DNA of 62,721 bases from Sluysia triapertura (GCA_046118255.1 JBJNIA010000010.1:62001-124721); one strand, 5' to 3'. Shown: positions 1-13,706, numbered from the stretch's first letter. Made by a program: numbers and translations. Notes: a model not told the origin generated them from the sequence alone.

Positions 1-1
1 G

Positions 2-121
2 ATATTTGGCTTTATTTTTATGTTATTGGCATCATCTATGACTGTACAATGTTTTTTATTTATTATTGCTATTGCTTATGTATTCATTTTATTACCTAGA
101 ACAACAATAGAGATAAAATAA
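2..121 (+). CDS. 3' end of a membrane protein (partial; possibly CdsA by position)
   Basis: Open hydrophobic frame IFGFIFMLLASS...IEIK* ending 5 nt before dxr; the gene upstream of dxr in Bacilli is cdsA, but no motif is visible. Confidence 0.45.
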   Translation: MFGFIFMLLASSMTVQCFLFIIAIAYVFILLPRTTIEIK

Positions 122-126
122 ATTAT

Positions 127-1254
127 ATGAAAAGAGTAATAATTCTTGGGGCAACCGGGACCATAGGGCAGCAGATACTTCAACTATTGAAAAATACTGA
201 TTTATACAAAATTGTTGGAATTTCTTTTTATGATAATCATTATCAAGGATCAGAAATAATAAATGAAATTAAGAGTATTGATTTTTATCATGCGAACCAA
301 AAAATTAATAATTCTAATAAAAAGTTTTTCTCCAGTCTTGAAGATTTGGTTAAATATACAGATTTTGATGTTTTATTTAACTGCATTCCGAGTGTTCATG
401 CATTAAAAGCGATGGATATTTGTTTATCAAAAAACAAAGAAATTTTTTTAGCTAATAAAGAATCACTTGTAGTTGCGGGTAAATATTTTATTAATAAATA
501 CAAAAATTTTTATAATTTAGTAAAACCAATAGATAGCGAACATTGTGCTATCATGCAAGCTATTAAAAATTATCAAATTTCTGAAATAAAAGAGATTTAC
601 CTTACAATGTCTGGTGGCGCTTTAAGAGACGTTCCATACGAAGAATTAAATAATAAAAACCTAGAAGAAATTTTAAAGCATCCAACATGAAAAATGGGGG
701 CCAAAATAACAATTGATAGTTGCACATTATTTAATAAGGTGTTTGAAATAATTGAAGCTCATTATTTATTTCAAATAGATGTAAAAAATATTTCTGTTTT
801 GCAAGATTATAAATCTAATTGTCATGCTGTGATAAAGTTTGTAGATAATAGTTTTTTATATGCCGTTTCTTATCCTTCCATGTTAGTTGCTATTAATCAA
901 ATGATTTTTCCAAGAATTCAAGCTATTGATAAAAATATTAATGAGTATTTAACCCCTCCAGATATTATCTTTACGCCATTAAATAAGTATGCTTTAAAGA
1001 TATTAGAAATTAAAAAATATCTTATTAATAACATTCAAAATGGAATAATTATTTGCGCTACAAATGATGTATGCATAAATTTATTAATGCAAAACAAGAT
1101 TAAATTTTTAGATATTCAAAAAATTATTTTTAATGCCCTGGATTTATACAAAATCCATGTAAATAAAGAATTTAATAACATCGATGAAATAATTTCTTTG
1201 TATAAATTAATAGAAAATGAAGTATCTTTAAATTATATTAAATTAATGAATTAA
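127..1254 (+). CDS. dxr: 1-deoxy-D-xylulose 5-phosphate reductoisomerase
   Basis: ILGATGTIG, LANKESLV, PIDSEH, HPT(TGA=W)KMGAKITIDS motifs; one frame across TGA 688-690. Confidence 0.97.
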
Positions 1255-1274
1255 TTTTTAATATAATTAATTTA

Positions 1275-4200
1275 ATGAATTCATTAATTTCTTTTTTTAA
1301 TTACATAAAATTTAATTCTGCTTATTATAATTATTTTGATGGCGCTACTTACACAGGGCAAATAGATAAAAAATGCCTTACTTTATCAATTGAATTAAAA
1401 AAAATAATTCCAATTTTTATTATCAAAGAGCTTTTAGAAAATGCTAATAAATCACAAATTGACAATTTACCAATAACAATTACCTTTAAAGTTACTAATC
1501 CAAATATTAATGAAATTGTAAAAACAGAAAATATTGATCTATCTAAGGTTAAAGTTATTAATGATAATACTATTGAATGTTCTCTAGCAACTAAAAATAA
1601 AATAGAAGCTTTAATTAAGGAATATAAAAAATATTACACTAACATTAATATAATCGATTATAAGATTAAAGGGTATTTAGATCCGACGCTTGTATCATCA
1701 AGAGAATATTTAATTAGACAAATTATTGATGATGACAAGAAAAAAAATTATACAAATAACAATATAGAAAAAACTAATCGGTTTATTGAAGAATCATTAC
1801 TTGATATTATCAGTTCAATGCATGATTTAGACTTTGATAATAAACTATCGAGCACAATAATAACAACTGAAGGAAATGTTTCTAATCTTAGCATTAAAGC
1901 AACAAATGACTGATTCATTATTAAATTTTCTTTAACCAACCTTGATAAATACATAATGTGCAAAATGTTTCTAAAATCTAATGAACAAAAAACTTTTAAG
2001 GAAGTAGAAAGTTTTTTAAAAGCAAATAAAATTTTAGCAGTTTCTGGTACCTTTAAATACGAGGATAATAAATATGAAAAAGGATTTTCATTATCTATTA
2101 GAAAAATATCACCCTCAAGTGGTAACACAATAAAAATAGTTGAAAAAGCAGAAGTTAATATAGAAAAACCGAGAGTAGAATTAAATGTTCACACAAAAAT
2201 GTCTTCAATGGACGGGATTTCGTCAGTTTGCGAATACATAAAACATGCCTCTGATAGAGGATATGAAACCATTGCTATTACTGATAATAATGTTGTTCAT
2301 TCTTTTCCCGAAGCATATAACTACAATAAGAAACTTAAAAAACCTCTAAAAATTCTATATGGAGCATCATTTGAAATTATTGATGAAAAAAATATTGAAA
2401 AAAATAATAACGAGGACCTATGTAATTTGAGTAACTATATAGTATTCGACTTAGAGACTACCGGGTTATTGCCTAAATTTAATGAAATTATTGAATTCGG
2501 AGCAATCAAAGTCTTAAACAATAAAATAGTTGAAAAAAAACAAATTTTTATAAAACCTAAAACGCCAGTAAATCAGTATATTATGGACATTACACACATT
2601 ACAAATGAAATGCTTGTAGATAAACCATTTATTGAAGAAGTTTTTCAAGATATTAAAAATTTTTTAGGTGATTTACCGTTAGTAGCACATAACGGGGAAG
2701 ATTTTGATAGTAAATTTTTAGTATCTTTATATGAACAATTTAATTGTAAATTTACAAATAAAATATATGATCCAATGTTAATTTGTCGAGAATATAATGA
2801 AATTTTTAAATTAAAAAGATTCCGCCTTGGTGATTTATGTAAACTATTTAAAGTTGAGTACGATGCAAATGGCGATGCTCACCGAGCAGATTACGATGCT
2901 AGAGCATTGTATGAATGTTTTATAAAAGTACAATCAGAAATTAAATGTTCTACATTGGATGTATCAAATAGTAAAAATAAATATTTTCATAGTTTTGGTT
3001 ATCGAGCAAATGTTTTTGCTAAGAATGAAGCAGGGAAAAAATGTTTATATGAAATGGTTTCAACGGCGCACACTAAAACATTTTTTAAATCTCCTAAATT
3101 ATTTTCTGATTATTTTTTTAATCAAAATCGAGAAAATATCATTATAGGATCTCATGGGGAAAATAGTGAGATATATAAATTAATAAGCAAGGAATCCGAG
3201 GATTCTGTATTAAAGGCAATGAAAAAATATGATTATATTGAAATATTGCCAATTAATTGTCTAAAGCATTTAGTATGAAATTTTACATATCCAAGCATTG
3301 AATTTATTCAAGAAATTAACCAAAAAATTATTAGATTAGCTAAAAAAATTAATAAACCCGTCATTATTTCATCTAATGCTTATTATGTAGATAAAAATGA
3401 CAAAGAAGTTAGAAAAATATATGTTAACACAAAGGGTTTAGGTGGCTCAAGACATTATTTATATAATGTTTTATCAACATACAAAGATTTGCCAGATAAT
3501 CACTTTTTAACTAATCAAGAATTAATACACGATCTAGCATATTTAAATGATGAAAATTTAATAAATGAAATAATTTTTATAAATCCTCAGTTAATTGCTG
3601 ACCAAATTAAAGCAATTTGTCCATTAAAAAATGGGACTCATTTTGCAGAATTATATAAAAATTCAGAAGATATCATTAAAGAATATGTTTATAAAAAGGC
3701 TAATGATTTATATCTATATGACAATAAATTACCTGATATATTATCAAAAAGATTAGATAAAGAATTATCATCAATCATAAAAAATAATTTTTCTGATATT
3801 TATTTAATATCTCAAAAAATAGTTGAAAAATCTCTAAACGACGGATATTTAGTTGGAAGTAGGGGGAGTGTTGGAAGTAGCATAGTTGCGACACTATTAA
3901 ATATTACAGAGGTTAACCCCTTAAAACCTCACTATTTATGTAGCAAATGTCATTATTCAGATTTCAATATTGATGAGCAAAAATGAGGATCAGGATTTGA
4001 CTTACCAACTATTCCTTGCCCTAAATGCCAGAACCCTATGTCGGGGAATGGCCATAATATTCCTTTTGAAACATTTTTAGGTTTTGATGGAGAAAAAGTT
4101 CCTGATATTGATTTAAATTTTGCAAGTGACTATCAACAAAAAGCACATGATTTTACTAAGGAATTATTTGGAGAAAACAATGTTATAAGAGCTGGAACCA

Positions 4201-5486
4201 TTTCTACGGTGGCTTCAAAAACAGCATATGCTTTTACTAAAAAATATGAAGAAGAAATGAATGAATCATTCACAACATTTAAATTAAATGAATTAGTAAG
4301 TAAGGTAGAAGGAGTAAAAAGAACAACAGGGCAACATCCAGGAGGAATCATTGTTATTCCTAGTAATTATTCAGTTAATGATTTTACACCAATTAATTAT
4401 CCAGCTGACGATATAACTTCAACGTGAAAAACATCTCATTTTGAATATGAAGCATTACATGACAATTTATTAAAGCTAGACTTGCTAGGTCATGTTGATC
4501 CTCAAGCATTAAAAGAATTACAAATATTAACTGGTATCGATCCAAAAACCATTCCTTTTAATGATAAAAGAGTTATGTCTTTATTCACTTCTTATGATGA
4601 ATTAAAACTATCAACTAGCTATAAAAAATCTATATTAAAAAATGGTGCAATCGGGATTCCTGAATTCGGAACAAGCTTTGTTCGCAAAATGTTAGATGAT
4701 ACTCAACCTCAAAGTTTTGCTGATCTTGTCAAAATTTCGGGATTATCACACGGGACTGATGTGTGATCGGGGAATTCTTCTAAGCTAATCAAGGAAGGAA
4801 AGAATTTGAATTCTATAATATGCTGTAGAGATGATATTATGGTTTATTTAATTAGCAAAAAAGTTGATGCTAAAACAGCCTTTAAAATTATGGAAAATGT
4901 TAGAAAAGGTAAAGGACTGTCGAGAGAATGAAAAGATATTATGCTCCAACACGATGTTCCCACTTGATATATTGAATCATGTGAAAAAATTAAATATATG
5001 TTTCCTAAAGCACATGCAACAGCATATGTATTAATGGCGTGAAGAGTAGCTTGATTTAAAATCAATTATCCAATTGAATATTATAGTGTTTATTTCTCGT
5101 TAAGATGTGATAGTTTTGATCCAAAAATTATGTGTAGTTCGATTGAAACTATAATTAATAAAAGGGAAGAATTGTCATCAGCTAAAACACCAAAAGAAAT
5201 TTCTTTAGCATTAACCTTAGATTCAGTAATTGAAATGAAAGCTCGTGGGTATGATTTTAAACAGATAAGCGCTAACGAATCACAAGCCAATACTTTTATT
5301 CCAACAAAAGATAAACGTTCTATAATAATTCCTTTTACAGCGTTAGATGGGATGGGAATTGCTAATGCTGAAGAAATAATCGCCCAAAGAAATATTAAGC
5401 CATTTATTGACATAGAAGACTTTGCATTAAGGAGCAATGTCAATAAAACTCAATTACAAAATTTAAAAGAATTAAATATTATTTAA
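1275..5486 (+). CDS. polC: DNA polymerase III PolC-type alpha subunit
   Basis: PHP domain ([15 protein letters not shown]), exonuclease (FDLETTG), [25 protein letters not shown]; all fragments in one frame with TGA=W. Confidence 0.97.
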
Positions 5487-5504
5487 CCTATTTTAAATTT
5501 TGTA

Positions 5505-5558
5505 TATAATAAATACATATCATTGTGTAAACAAGGGACAGTTTTATGTCTCTTTTTT
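5505..5558 (+). promoter_or_regulatory. rimP-nusA promoter (-10 TATAAT) and leader terminator/attenuator
   Basis: TATAAT 5505-5510, then hairpin AAGGGACA/TGTCTCTT (5533-5554) with T-run before rimP; same position as the Firmicutes rimP leader. Confidence 0.6.
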
Positions 5559-5578
5559 ATTAAATTGGAAGGAACCAA

Positions 5579-6031
5579 ATGGATTTGATTTTTGTTTTAA
5601 ATAATAAATTTAAATCGGAATTAGAAGAAAAAAATATTCATATATTTTCAACATCATCTATGTATAAAAAAAACGAAACCGACTTATCAATTTTTTTATT
5701 TAAAAAAATAGGTTATATTAACTTAGAAGAGTGTGAATTCTTTTATAAATTATTTAAAAATTTTTTAAGTAACTCTGAAGAATATAAAAATATTAATATA
5801 GTTGAAGTTGCAAGTTGTGGGATTAATACCCTAGTAAAAAATGATTATCAACTAGCTTTAATAAAGGATTTAGTCATTAGTTGTAAACTCATTATTCCAA
5901 TTAATAAATTTTATAAAATCGATGGTAAATTAATAGATTTTAATGAAGAAAAAATTATAATAAAAACGAAAATAAATGATCAAGAAATAATTCTAAGAAA
6001 AAATATCAAGGAAATTAAGGTAAATAAATAG
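5579..6031 (+). CDS. rimP: ribosome maturation factor RimP (divergent)
   Basis: Position before nusA, size 150 aa, VEVASCG resembling LEVSSPG. Confidence 0.75.
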   Translation: MDLIFVLNNKFKSELEEKNIHIFSTSSMYKKNETDLSIFLFKKIGYINLEECEFFYKLFKNFLSNSEEYKNINIVEVASCGINTLVKNDYQLALIKDLVISCKLIIPINKFYKIDGKLIDFNEEKIIIKTKINDQEIILRKNIKEIKVNK

Positions 6032-6041
6032 AGGTATAAAC

Positions 6042-7739
6042 ATGGTAAAAAGTAAAAAAATCAATAAAGAAGATAATAAACCAAAACAGCCACAACAACA
6101 ATATAAAGAGTTTATTAATGGAGTAAAAAATATTGCTAACAAATACAATATTACTCAAGAAGAAACCTTTGATTGTGTAAGAGAAGCTTTAATTAAGAGT
6201 TTTAAACATGAGTATGGTTATGAGCCATTTTTAGAAATTAGTCAAAATAAAAATACCCAGGCAATAGATTTTCAAGTATTTAAAGTTGTAGTAGATACTG
6301 ATCCTGAAGATGATGGGCAAATTTCATTAGAGGATGCTTTAAAAACAAATGAAAATGCTAAAGTTGGTGACCATATTTTAGATACCGATGCTCCTGAAAT
6401 TAATTTATTATCATGAAGTAGAAAAACAATTAATATCTTTAACCAAGTATTAACACAAAAATGTCGTGAAATTATGAGAAATAGATTAGTAAATTTTTAC
6501 TCATCTAAAATTGGAACATTATCTCGCGGAGTTGTTGAGGGGTTATCTAATTCTGGTGGATATATTATTCGCCTAAATGATGGGAACATGGCTTATTTAC
6601 CAAAACAATATTGTTCTCCAAATGATGATATTAAAGTTAATAAAAATAATCACATTAAATTTATTATTCAAGGTGTATCAGAAGAAAACAAATCATTTGA
6701 ATTTCCAATTTTATTAAGTAGAAATACAGAAGCTTTCGTTTTAGCTCTATTTAAAGATCTTGTTCCTGAATTAAAAGAAAAATTAATTGATATTACTTGC
6801 ATAGTTAGAGTTCCAGGAATAAGAACTAAATTAGTTGTTAAATCCTACAATACTTATGTGAAAGCGGTTGGAGCATTACTAGGGGCTAATGAAGAAAGAA
6901 TTAAGATTATTCGTAATGAAATAGGAAATGAAAGAATCGAAATAGTCCAATGAACTGATAACAAAAAAGATTTTATTGCTAAAGTTATTCGTCCTATCGA
7001 GCCAAAATTTATAGCTGAACGTTATGAATTGGATGAAAAAGAAAACAAAGAAATTAAAGTTTGCTATATTGTTGTAAACAAAGAAGATATTGGAAGAGTA
7101 ATTGGTCCTAAATGAATTAATATGAAGATATTATCAAAAGTGTTTGATGAAAAATGATTAACAATTTCAGAAGAAGAAGCCCAAGAAAAAGGTTTAGTAC
7201 ATAATGTTAATACTAAAAAAACTTCTAGCCAGGTTAATGATGGGTTTGATTATCAAGAAGTTGTTGCAAATGATGATGATATAAATAATATTGAGCCAGT
7301 AGTTGAACAAAAAACACCAGAAATTAAGCATGTAAATGTCGACACTAAAAATCAAGAAGTTCAGAAGAATATAGAAGTAAAAGAAGAAGTTAAGAAAGAA
7401 AATAAAATTGATTTTAAAACAAAAATATTCACTCAAACAACAACTGTCAAGCCAACAATATCATTAGAGGAAAAATTAAATAATGAAAAAAATAAAAAAA
7501 CTTCATTTAGTAAATTCCCAACTAATCGTAGTAAACCATTTATTTATAAAAAAAATAATTCTGTAAATGATGAACAGCAAGAAGAAATGTTGAAGAAACA
7601 AAATCTAGAATTAGAAAAACAATGAAAAAAAGAAAATTTAAATACTAATCTAGGAAACTATGATGAAGATTATATTGATGAAATTGATGAAAGCATTGAT
7701 CTTGAAAACTATGATGATTTTTATGATGATGATAAATAA
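6042..7739 (+). CDS. nusA: transcription factor NusA with long acidic C-terminal extension
   Basis: S1 and KH domains (ILLSR, RVPGIRTK, GALLG, GRVIG); frame runs through TGAs to TAA 7737-7739. Confidence 0.93.
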
Positions 7740-7756
7740 TCACTAGGAAGGAATTT

Positions 7757-8554
7757 ATGGTTGAATACATTCAAGCTAATAATATTAATAAAACCTATAA
7801 AAAAAATTGTGTTTTAGATGATGTTAGTTTAACAATTAATTCGGGAGATAGAATTGGAATTGTCGGGCCAAATGGAACCGGTAAAACAACTCTATGCGAA
7901 ATAATTGCCCGATTAAGAAAACAAACTAAAGGCACTATTAATTTTAAGAATGACTTGCGAATTGGTATGCAGTTACAAGAAGCTAAATACCCAAAAGGTA
8001 TTCGTGGATATGATATTTTAGATTTATATTTAAAAACTTATCGCGTTTATTTATCTTCACAACAAATTAATAATTTTTTAATTATGTTAGATATAGAGGA
8101 TTTCATGGATAAAGATATTAATAAATTATCTGGTGGGCAACAACAAAAATTAAATATTCTATTGGCATTAATAATCAATGCCGATTTAATAATTCTTGAT
8201 GAATTAGCAACTGGTCTAGATTTAGAAGCGAAAGACAAAGTCTATAATTTACTTACTAAAATCCTTCATGATGATAAAAAAGCACTTTTACTAGTTTCCC
8301 ATAACATGGAAGAAATTCAAAAGTTTTGTAAAACATTAGTTTTCATGATAAAAGGGAAAATCATCGCTACCTATGATGTAGCTAAAATAGTTGCAGAACA
8401 TGAAAACGTTGAAAATTTTGTTCGTGCACAATTTAAAGAATATAAGGTTGGGGCAGAATGAGATGAAAGATTACAGCGTAATTTATCTGGTGATAGTAGC
8501 ATAAGCTCAAAATGAGCTAAAAAATGAGGGAAATATGTTGACAAAAATAAATAA
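7757..8554 (+). CDS. ABC transporter ATP-binding protein (ABC-2/drug-export type)
   Basis: GPNGTGKTT, LSGGQQQK, ILDE, VSHNM; extends past TGA 8459 to TAA 8552-8554. Confidence 0.92.
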
Positions 8555-9311
8555 ATCATTAGCTTATTCTAATATTGATATTAAAAGTATTTTCTTCTTT
8601 TTCGTTTCCTACTTAAGAAGACAACCTGGTACAGCTATTGCTGGAATCACAATCATGCCGATTATTTTAGTTCTAGAATCATTATTACTTTCTAATAGAT
8701 GAGGTTGAGAAGGGTATCCCTTATCAATAGGATTAATCTTCATTGGTTCGAGTGCCGTAACTTTAACATATGTTATTCTAGGTTTTGTTTTAGATTTAAA
8801 AATGTCGGTTATTTACAAAAGATTAGGTTTACTTGGAATAAAGCCTGTTGGTTATGTAATTATTTCGTTTATATATGGATTCTTTTTAACATTACTTTCT
8901 AATTTATGTGTTTTTATAACAAGTTTAATTATTATTTTAGTTCATCATTATTCCCTAACTAGCACGCTATTTAATGGTGTAACTGCGTGATTTTGATTTA
9001 TTTCATTATTTTCTACTGCTTTTCTAATGTTTTTATTATTATTTTTAGTTGTGTTTATTAATACAAGATCTATGCAATCAATAGTATCGGGAATAGTTGG
9101 AATAATTTTTATTGCAGGGTCATTCATATTATCTAATTTAATTCCAGTATTAATAATGACATCTCATAAAAATATTTCAATTGATATTAATACTTATTTA
9201 CTTGGTTGAGAAACGGCAGTTAGATGATATATATTAGCAATAGCTATGATGCTTCTTGGATCAGCCGGTCTATTTTGATTGACTATAAAAATCTTTCGAT
9301 GAGCTAATTAA
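8535..9311 (+). CDS. ABC-2 type permease
   Basis: ~258-aa multi-TM ORF overlapping the ATPase; YKRL and C-terminal IFRW as in ABC-2 permeases. Confidence 0.8.
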
Positions 9312-9489
9312 TTTAAATATAAATTATTCACATTATTTACATACTTTTTCAAAATTATTTGGCAAATTTATAATATTTTAATAATATTTAGGGCTAAAGT
9401 ATTTTTATATTATTTATTAATTGATATAATTATTAATATTTTTTTAAAACAAAGTAGATAAATATGTAATTAAATTATTAAGGTGATTT

Positions 9490-11268
9490 ATGGCAAAAAA
9501 AAATAACTATGTGCAGCCAAAGCAGCAACCAAAAGCTTACTTAAAAGATAATAAATTATTTTATGAAGTTCCTTTACTTATTCAAGATTTAGCCATTGCA
9601 CTTAATAAAAATACTGTTGAAATTGTAAAATACTTTTTCAATAAAGGTCGCATGATTAGCCCTAATGCTAAATTGAATGAAGATGAAATTCTTGAAATAT
9701 GCATTAACTTTAATTTAGATTGTCAAAAAATTGAACGTGAGTTAACAGTTGAGGAAGCGATTATATTTGATAAACATCAAAAATTAGTTACTAGACCGCC
9801 AATTATAACAATTATGGGTCATGTTGATCATGGGAAAACAACTTTATTAGATTATATTCGTAAAACAAAAGTGGTTGATAATGAAGCCGGCGGGATTACT
9901 CAAAAAATCGGAGCATATAAGATTAAATATCATAACAAAGAAATAACATTCATTGATACCCCAGGTCACGAAGCTTTTACACACATGCGTGCCAAAGGGG
10001 TAAAGGTTACCGATATTGCAATTATCGTTGTAGCAGCTGATGATGGAGTTATGCCACAAACTAAAGAAGCTATTGATCATGCTAAATCAGCTAATCTAGA
10101 AATTATTGTTGCCATTAATAAAATGGATAAAGAAAATGCCAATCCTGAGCGAGTAAAACAAGAACTAGCGGATTATAATGTTATGCCTGAAGAATGAGGC
10201 GGTAAAAATGTATTTATCGAGATATCAGCAAAGACTGGTAAAAATGTTGATAGTTTATTAGATGCTATATTAATGCTAAGTGAAATGAAAGACTTAAAAT
10301 CAAGTTATGATGGCAAGGCGCAAGGTTCTATTATCGAATCGCACTTAGATAAGCAAAAGGGACCTATCGTTTCAGTTATAGTGCAAAAAGGTACTTTAAA
10401 GCTTGGTGATTATATTGTTGCTAAAGATAGCTATGGAAAAATAAAGGCAATGTATGATTCAAATAATCATCAAATTAAAACCGCAACTCTTTCAGATCCT
10501 GTACAAATTTTAGGATTTAATAAAAATCCAAATACCGGCATATTGTTTTCAATTTGTTCTTCAGAAAAAGAAGCAAAAGATATCGCTACTAAAAATTTAG
10601 AAGAATCTAAACAAGATGCTATCGCTAAACAAATTATCATTAAAGATTTAGAGAAAGACAAAATTTTAAACCTAATTATCAAAACTGACTCGCATGGCAG
10701 TGTTGAAGCAATTCAAAAATGTCTAAATGATTTAAAAGTTGGTGATTTTAAAATTAATATTTTAAGAGCACAAAGCGGCATTATCACTAATAGTGATGTT
10801 GATTTAGCAATTGCTTCTAAATCAATGCTATTAGGTTTTAATATTCGCCCCCAAGCATCAACTAGAGAATATGCAAAATCTCGTAATTTAGAGATTAAGT
10901 GTTATGACATCATTTATAAATTAACTGAAGACATTGAAGCTATTTTAAAAGGATTGTTACCAAAAAATGTTGAGGAAAAAGTGTTAGGAGAAGCACAAGT
11001 TCGTCAAATATTTAAAATCACTAAAATTGGAACAATTGCGGGAACAATGGTTACAAACGGAGTAATCAAAAAAAATGATGCAGCAAGAATTATTCGTGAC
11101 GGGAAAGTAATTTTTACAAGTACTATCGAATCATTAAAAAGATTTAAAGATGATGTAAAATCAGTCACTAAAGATCATGAATGTGGTATTGGTATTCAAA
11201 ATTTTAATGATATTAAAGAAAATGATATTATTGAAACTTTTGAAATGAAAGAAGTTGAAGCAAACTAA
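9490..11268 (+). CDS. infB: translation initiation factor IF-2
   Basis: [31 protein letters not shown](W)GG. Confidence 0.98.
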
Positions 11269-11588
11269 TGAAAGAAAAATGAAGTTCATTAATACACCGT
11301 CATTTAAGTATTATTTTAAATACTAAATTAAATGATAAAAATCTTGGCATGATTACAATTACAGATGTTCAAGTTACAAGAGATTTTAGTTTTGCATATA
11401 TTTACATTCAAACTACAAAGGATCATGAACTTATTATTAATAAGCTAAATACTATTCAAAGTTTTATTAGAACTGAATTAGCAAAAGATATAGCTGTAAG
11501 AAAAATTCCTAAATTAATTTTTAAATACGATCAAAGCTTAGATGAAGGTAATAAAATTAATTCAATTATCGAGTCATTTAAAAAATAG
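11268..11588 (+). CDS. rbfA: ribosome-binding factor A
   Basis: ATG overlaps infB stop; ITITDVQVTRD, RKIPKLIFKYDQS. Confidence 0.93.
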
Positions 11589-11636
11589 TCATTTATAAAT
11601 TACAATAAATAGAGAAATAATTAAAAGGTTGAGCAC

Positions 11637-12047
11637 ATGGATTATAAAGATTTCTTAAATTATTTAAAAAAACGAGAAGATTATTTTAATAAACAAATAA
11701 AATTAATAAACGATTCCAAAGATAAGAATTCACCTAACACAACAGATTTTAGTAAAGATGGGAAAATTGCTGTTTTAAAGAGTAAGATTTCTTATATTAA
11801 TGATTGTATAAAAGATCTTGATTCTAAGAATAGTAAATTAGAATATTGTATTTTTTGTCAAAAATTAGTTCCTATAAAAATGACTGCTGGGCAAATTGTG
11901 TGTACTATCATTTTACTTTCCGTTTTTCTCTGTATTCCTGGATTACTATATATATACTACCGCGCACACAAATGTTCTATATGCAGTTGTCATACAAGCA
12001 AAAAATTGGGCGATGTAGAAAGAATGAAAAATATTAATCTTGAATAA
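11637..12047 (+). CDS. hypothetical protein: coiled coil plus CxxC-hydrophobic-HxCxxC (LITAF-like) module
   Basis: CIFC...IVCTIILLSVFLCIPGLLYIYY...HKCSIC. Confidence 0.7.
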   Translation: MDYKDFLNYLKKREDYFNKQIKLINDSKDKNSPNTTDFSKDGKIAVLKSKISYINDCIKDLDSKNSKLEYCIFCQKLVPIKMTAGQIVCTIILLSVFLCIPGLLYIYYRAHKCSICSCHTSKKLGDVERMKNINLE

Positions 12048-12789
12048 TTTTTGGTTCCCACAAAGAAACCTTTTCTTTATTATATAAAGCTATTAAAAAA
12101 TTATGGTATGAGCTTTTAAGTTTTTCATTATTATAAAAAACATTTTCTAATAATTCTTTCATAACTTCACGCTGCGTATATCCGTCCATAGGACATCCAC
12201 AATCCATCATAGGCAGATCATATTTTTTAGCAAATTTAATAATATCTTTTTCTCTAGTTAAACAAAGTGGCCTAATAATATTAATATTTTTTTTAGACAT
12301 ATACATCTTTGGTAAAAAAGTAGCAATTTTGCCATTAAATGTCATATTCATAAACAATGTCTCAATAGCATCATCACCATGATGACCCATCGCTAATTTA
12401 TTGCATCCACTTTTTAGCATCTCATCAATTAGCATGCCTTTTTTAAGTGTTGAGCACAAAGAACATTGGATTCGCCCTTTATTTGTGTTATTTTTAAGTA
12501 TTTCACTAATATGTGAATTTACAATATTTAGTTCTAAGTTGTTTTCCTTGAATCAAGACTCTAATTTTGAATAATCTACAGCACACAAACTCATTTGAAT
12601 ATGGATCGGAAATAATTCAAAATGAATATTTTTTTCTTTTTTTAATATGAATTTTAGATCTATTAAAGTTCTCATTAGCGTTAATGAATCTTTGCCACCA
12701 CTAATAGCAACTGCTATTTTGTCACCATTTTCAATTAAATTAAACATGTCGATAGCTTTTCAAACTGAATTAATTATTTGTTGTTTCAT
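12034..12789 (-). CDS. ttcA: tRNA 2-thiocytidine biosynthesis protein TtcA family
   Basis: PP-loop SGGKDS, CSLCSTLKKG, GHHGDDAIET, IIRPL, DCGCP. Confidence 0.88.
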
Positions 12790-12839
12790 AAATGTTTTTT
12801 ATTATATACAAAAAAACCATTTATAAGTAAAATAGTTTT

Positions 12840-13706
12840 ATGAGTAATGATATTAATGGTTTTTTATTTGCTTGAAAGCCATCTGGAATAACTAGCCATA
12901 CTTTTATAAAATTAATTCAAAAAAAACTTGATGTATCAAAAATAGGGCACACAGGGACATTAGATAAGCTTGCTGAAGGAGCGATGATAGTTTGTATTAA
13001 TAATGCAACCAAGATGCAAGATATGTTTTTAAATGACAGTAAAATTTATACTTTTGAAATAGAATTTAATAAATTTTCTATATCTGGCGATTTAGAAACA
13101 AATGCTCAAATTACTAATAACAAAATAATTAGTGAGTCAGAAGTTAGGAAAGTATTAGAAAAATTTAATAATTATGAATATTTACAAGAAGTTCCTATTT
13201 ATTCAGCAACTAAAATTAATGGTAAAAAAATGTACCACTGTGCTAGAAATAATGAAAATATTGAAATTATTCCTAAGAAAAAAGTTTATATTAAAAAAAT
13301 TGAATTATTAAAACAAATAAAAGAAAATGTTTATTTAATTAAATGTGAAGTTAGCAAAGGAACATACATTAGAAGTTTAGCGATCGATATTGCTAGATTG
13401 TTAAATACAACAGCAATAGTTAATATAATTATTAGAAATTCATATACTAATTTTTTACTAAATAAGTATTATAAAATTGAAGAAATAAATAACAATTTGA
13501 TTACTCCAATAGAAGCATTATTTAGATATCCAATATATGAATTGACAGAAAAAGAATATGCACAAAACATTAAAAATTGTAATTTAATAACTATAAAAGG
13601 TTTTGCAAACGAGCCTTACATTTATTTAGCATATAATAAAAAAATTTTATTCCTTTATAAGTGCAAGAATAATAACTTATATAAACCATTTATAAAAATA
13701 AATTAG
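12840..13706 (+). CDS. truB: tRNA pseudouridine(55) synthase
   Basis: KPSGITS, GHTGTLD, YSATKINGK, SKGTYIRSL. Confidence 0.95.
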
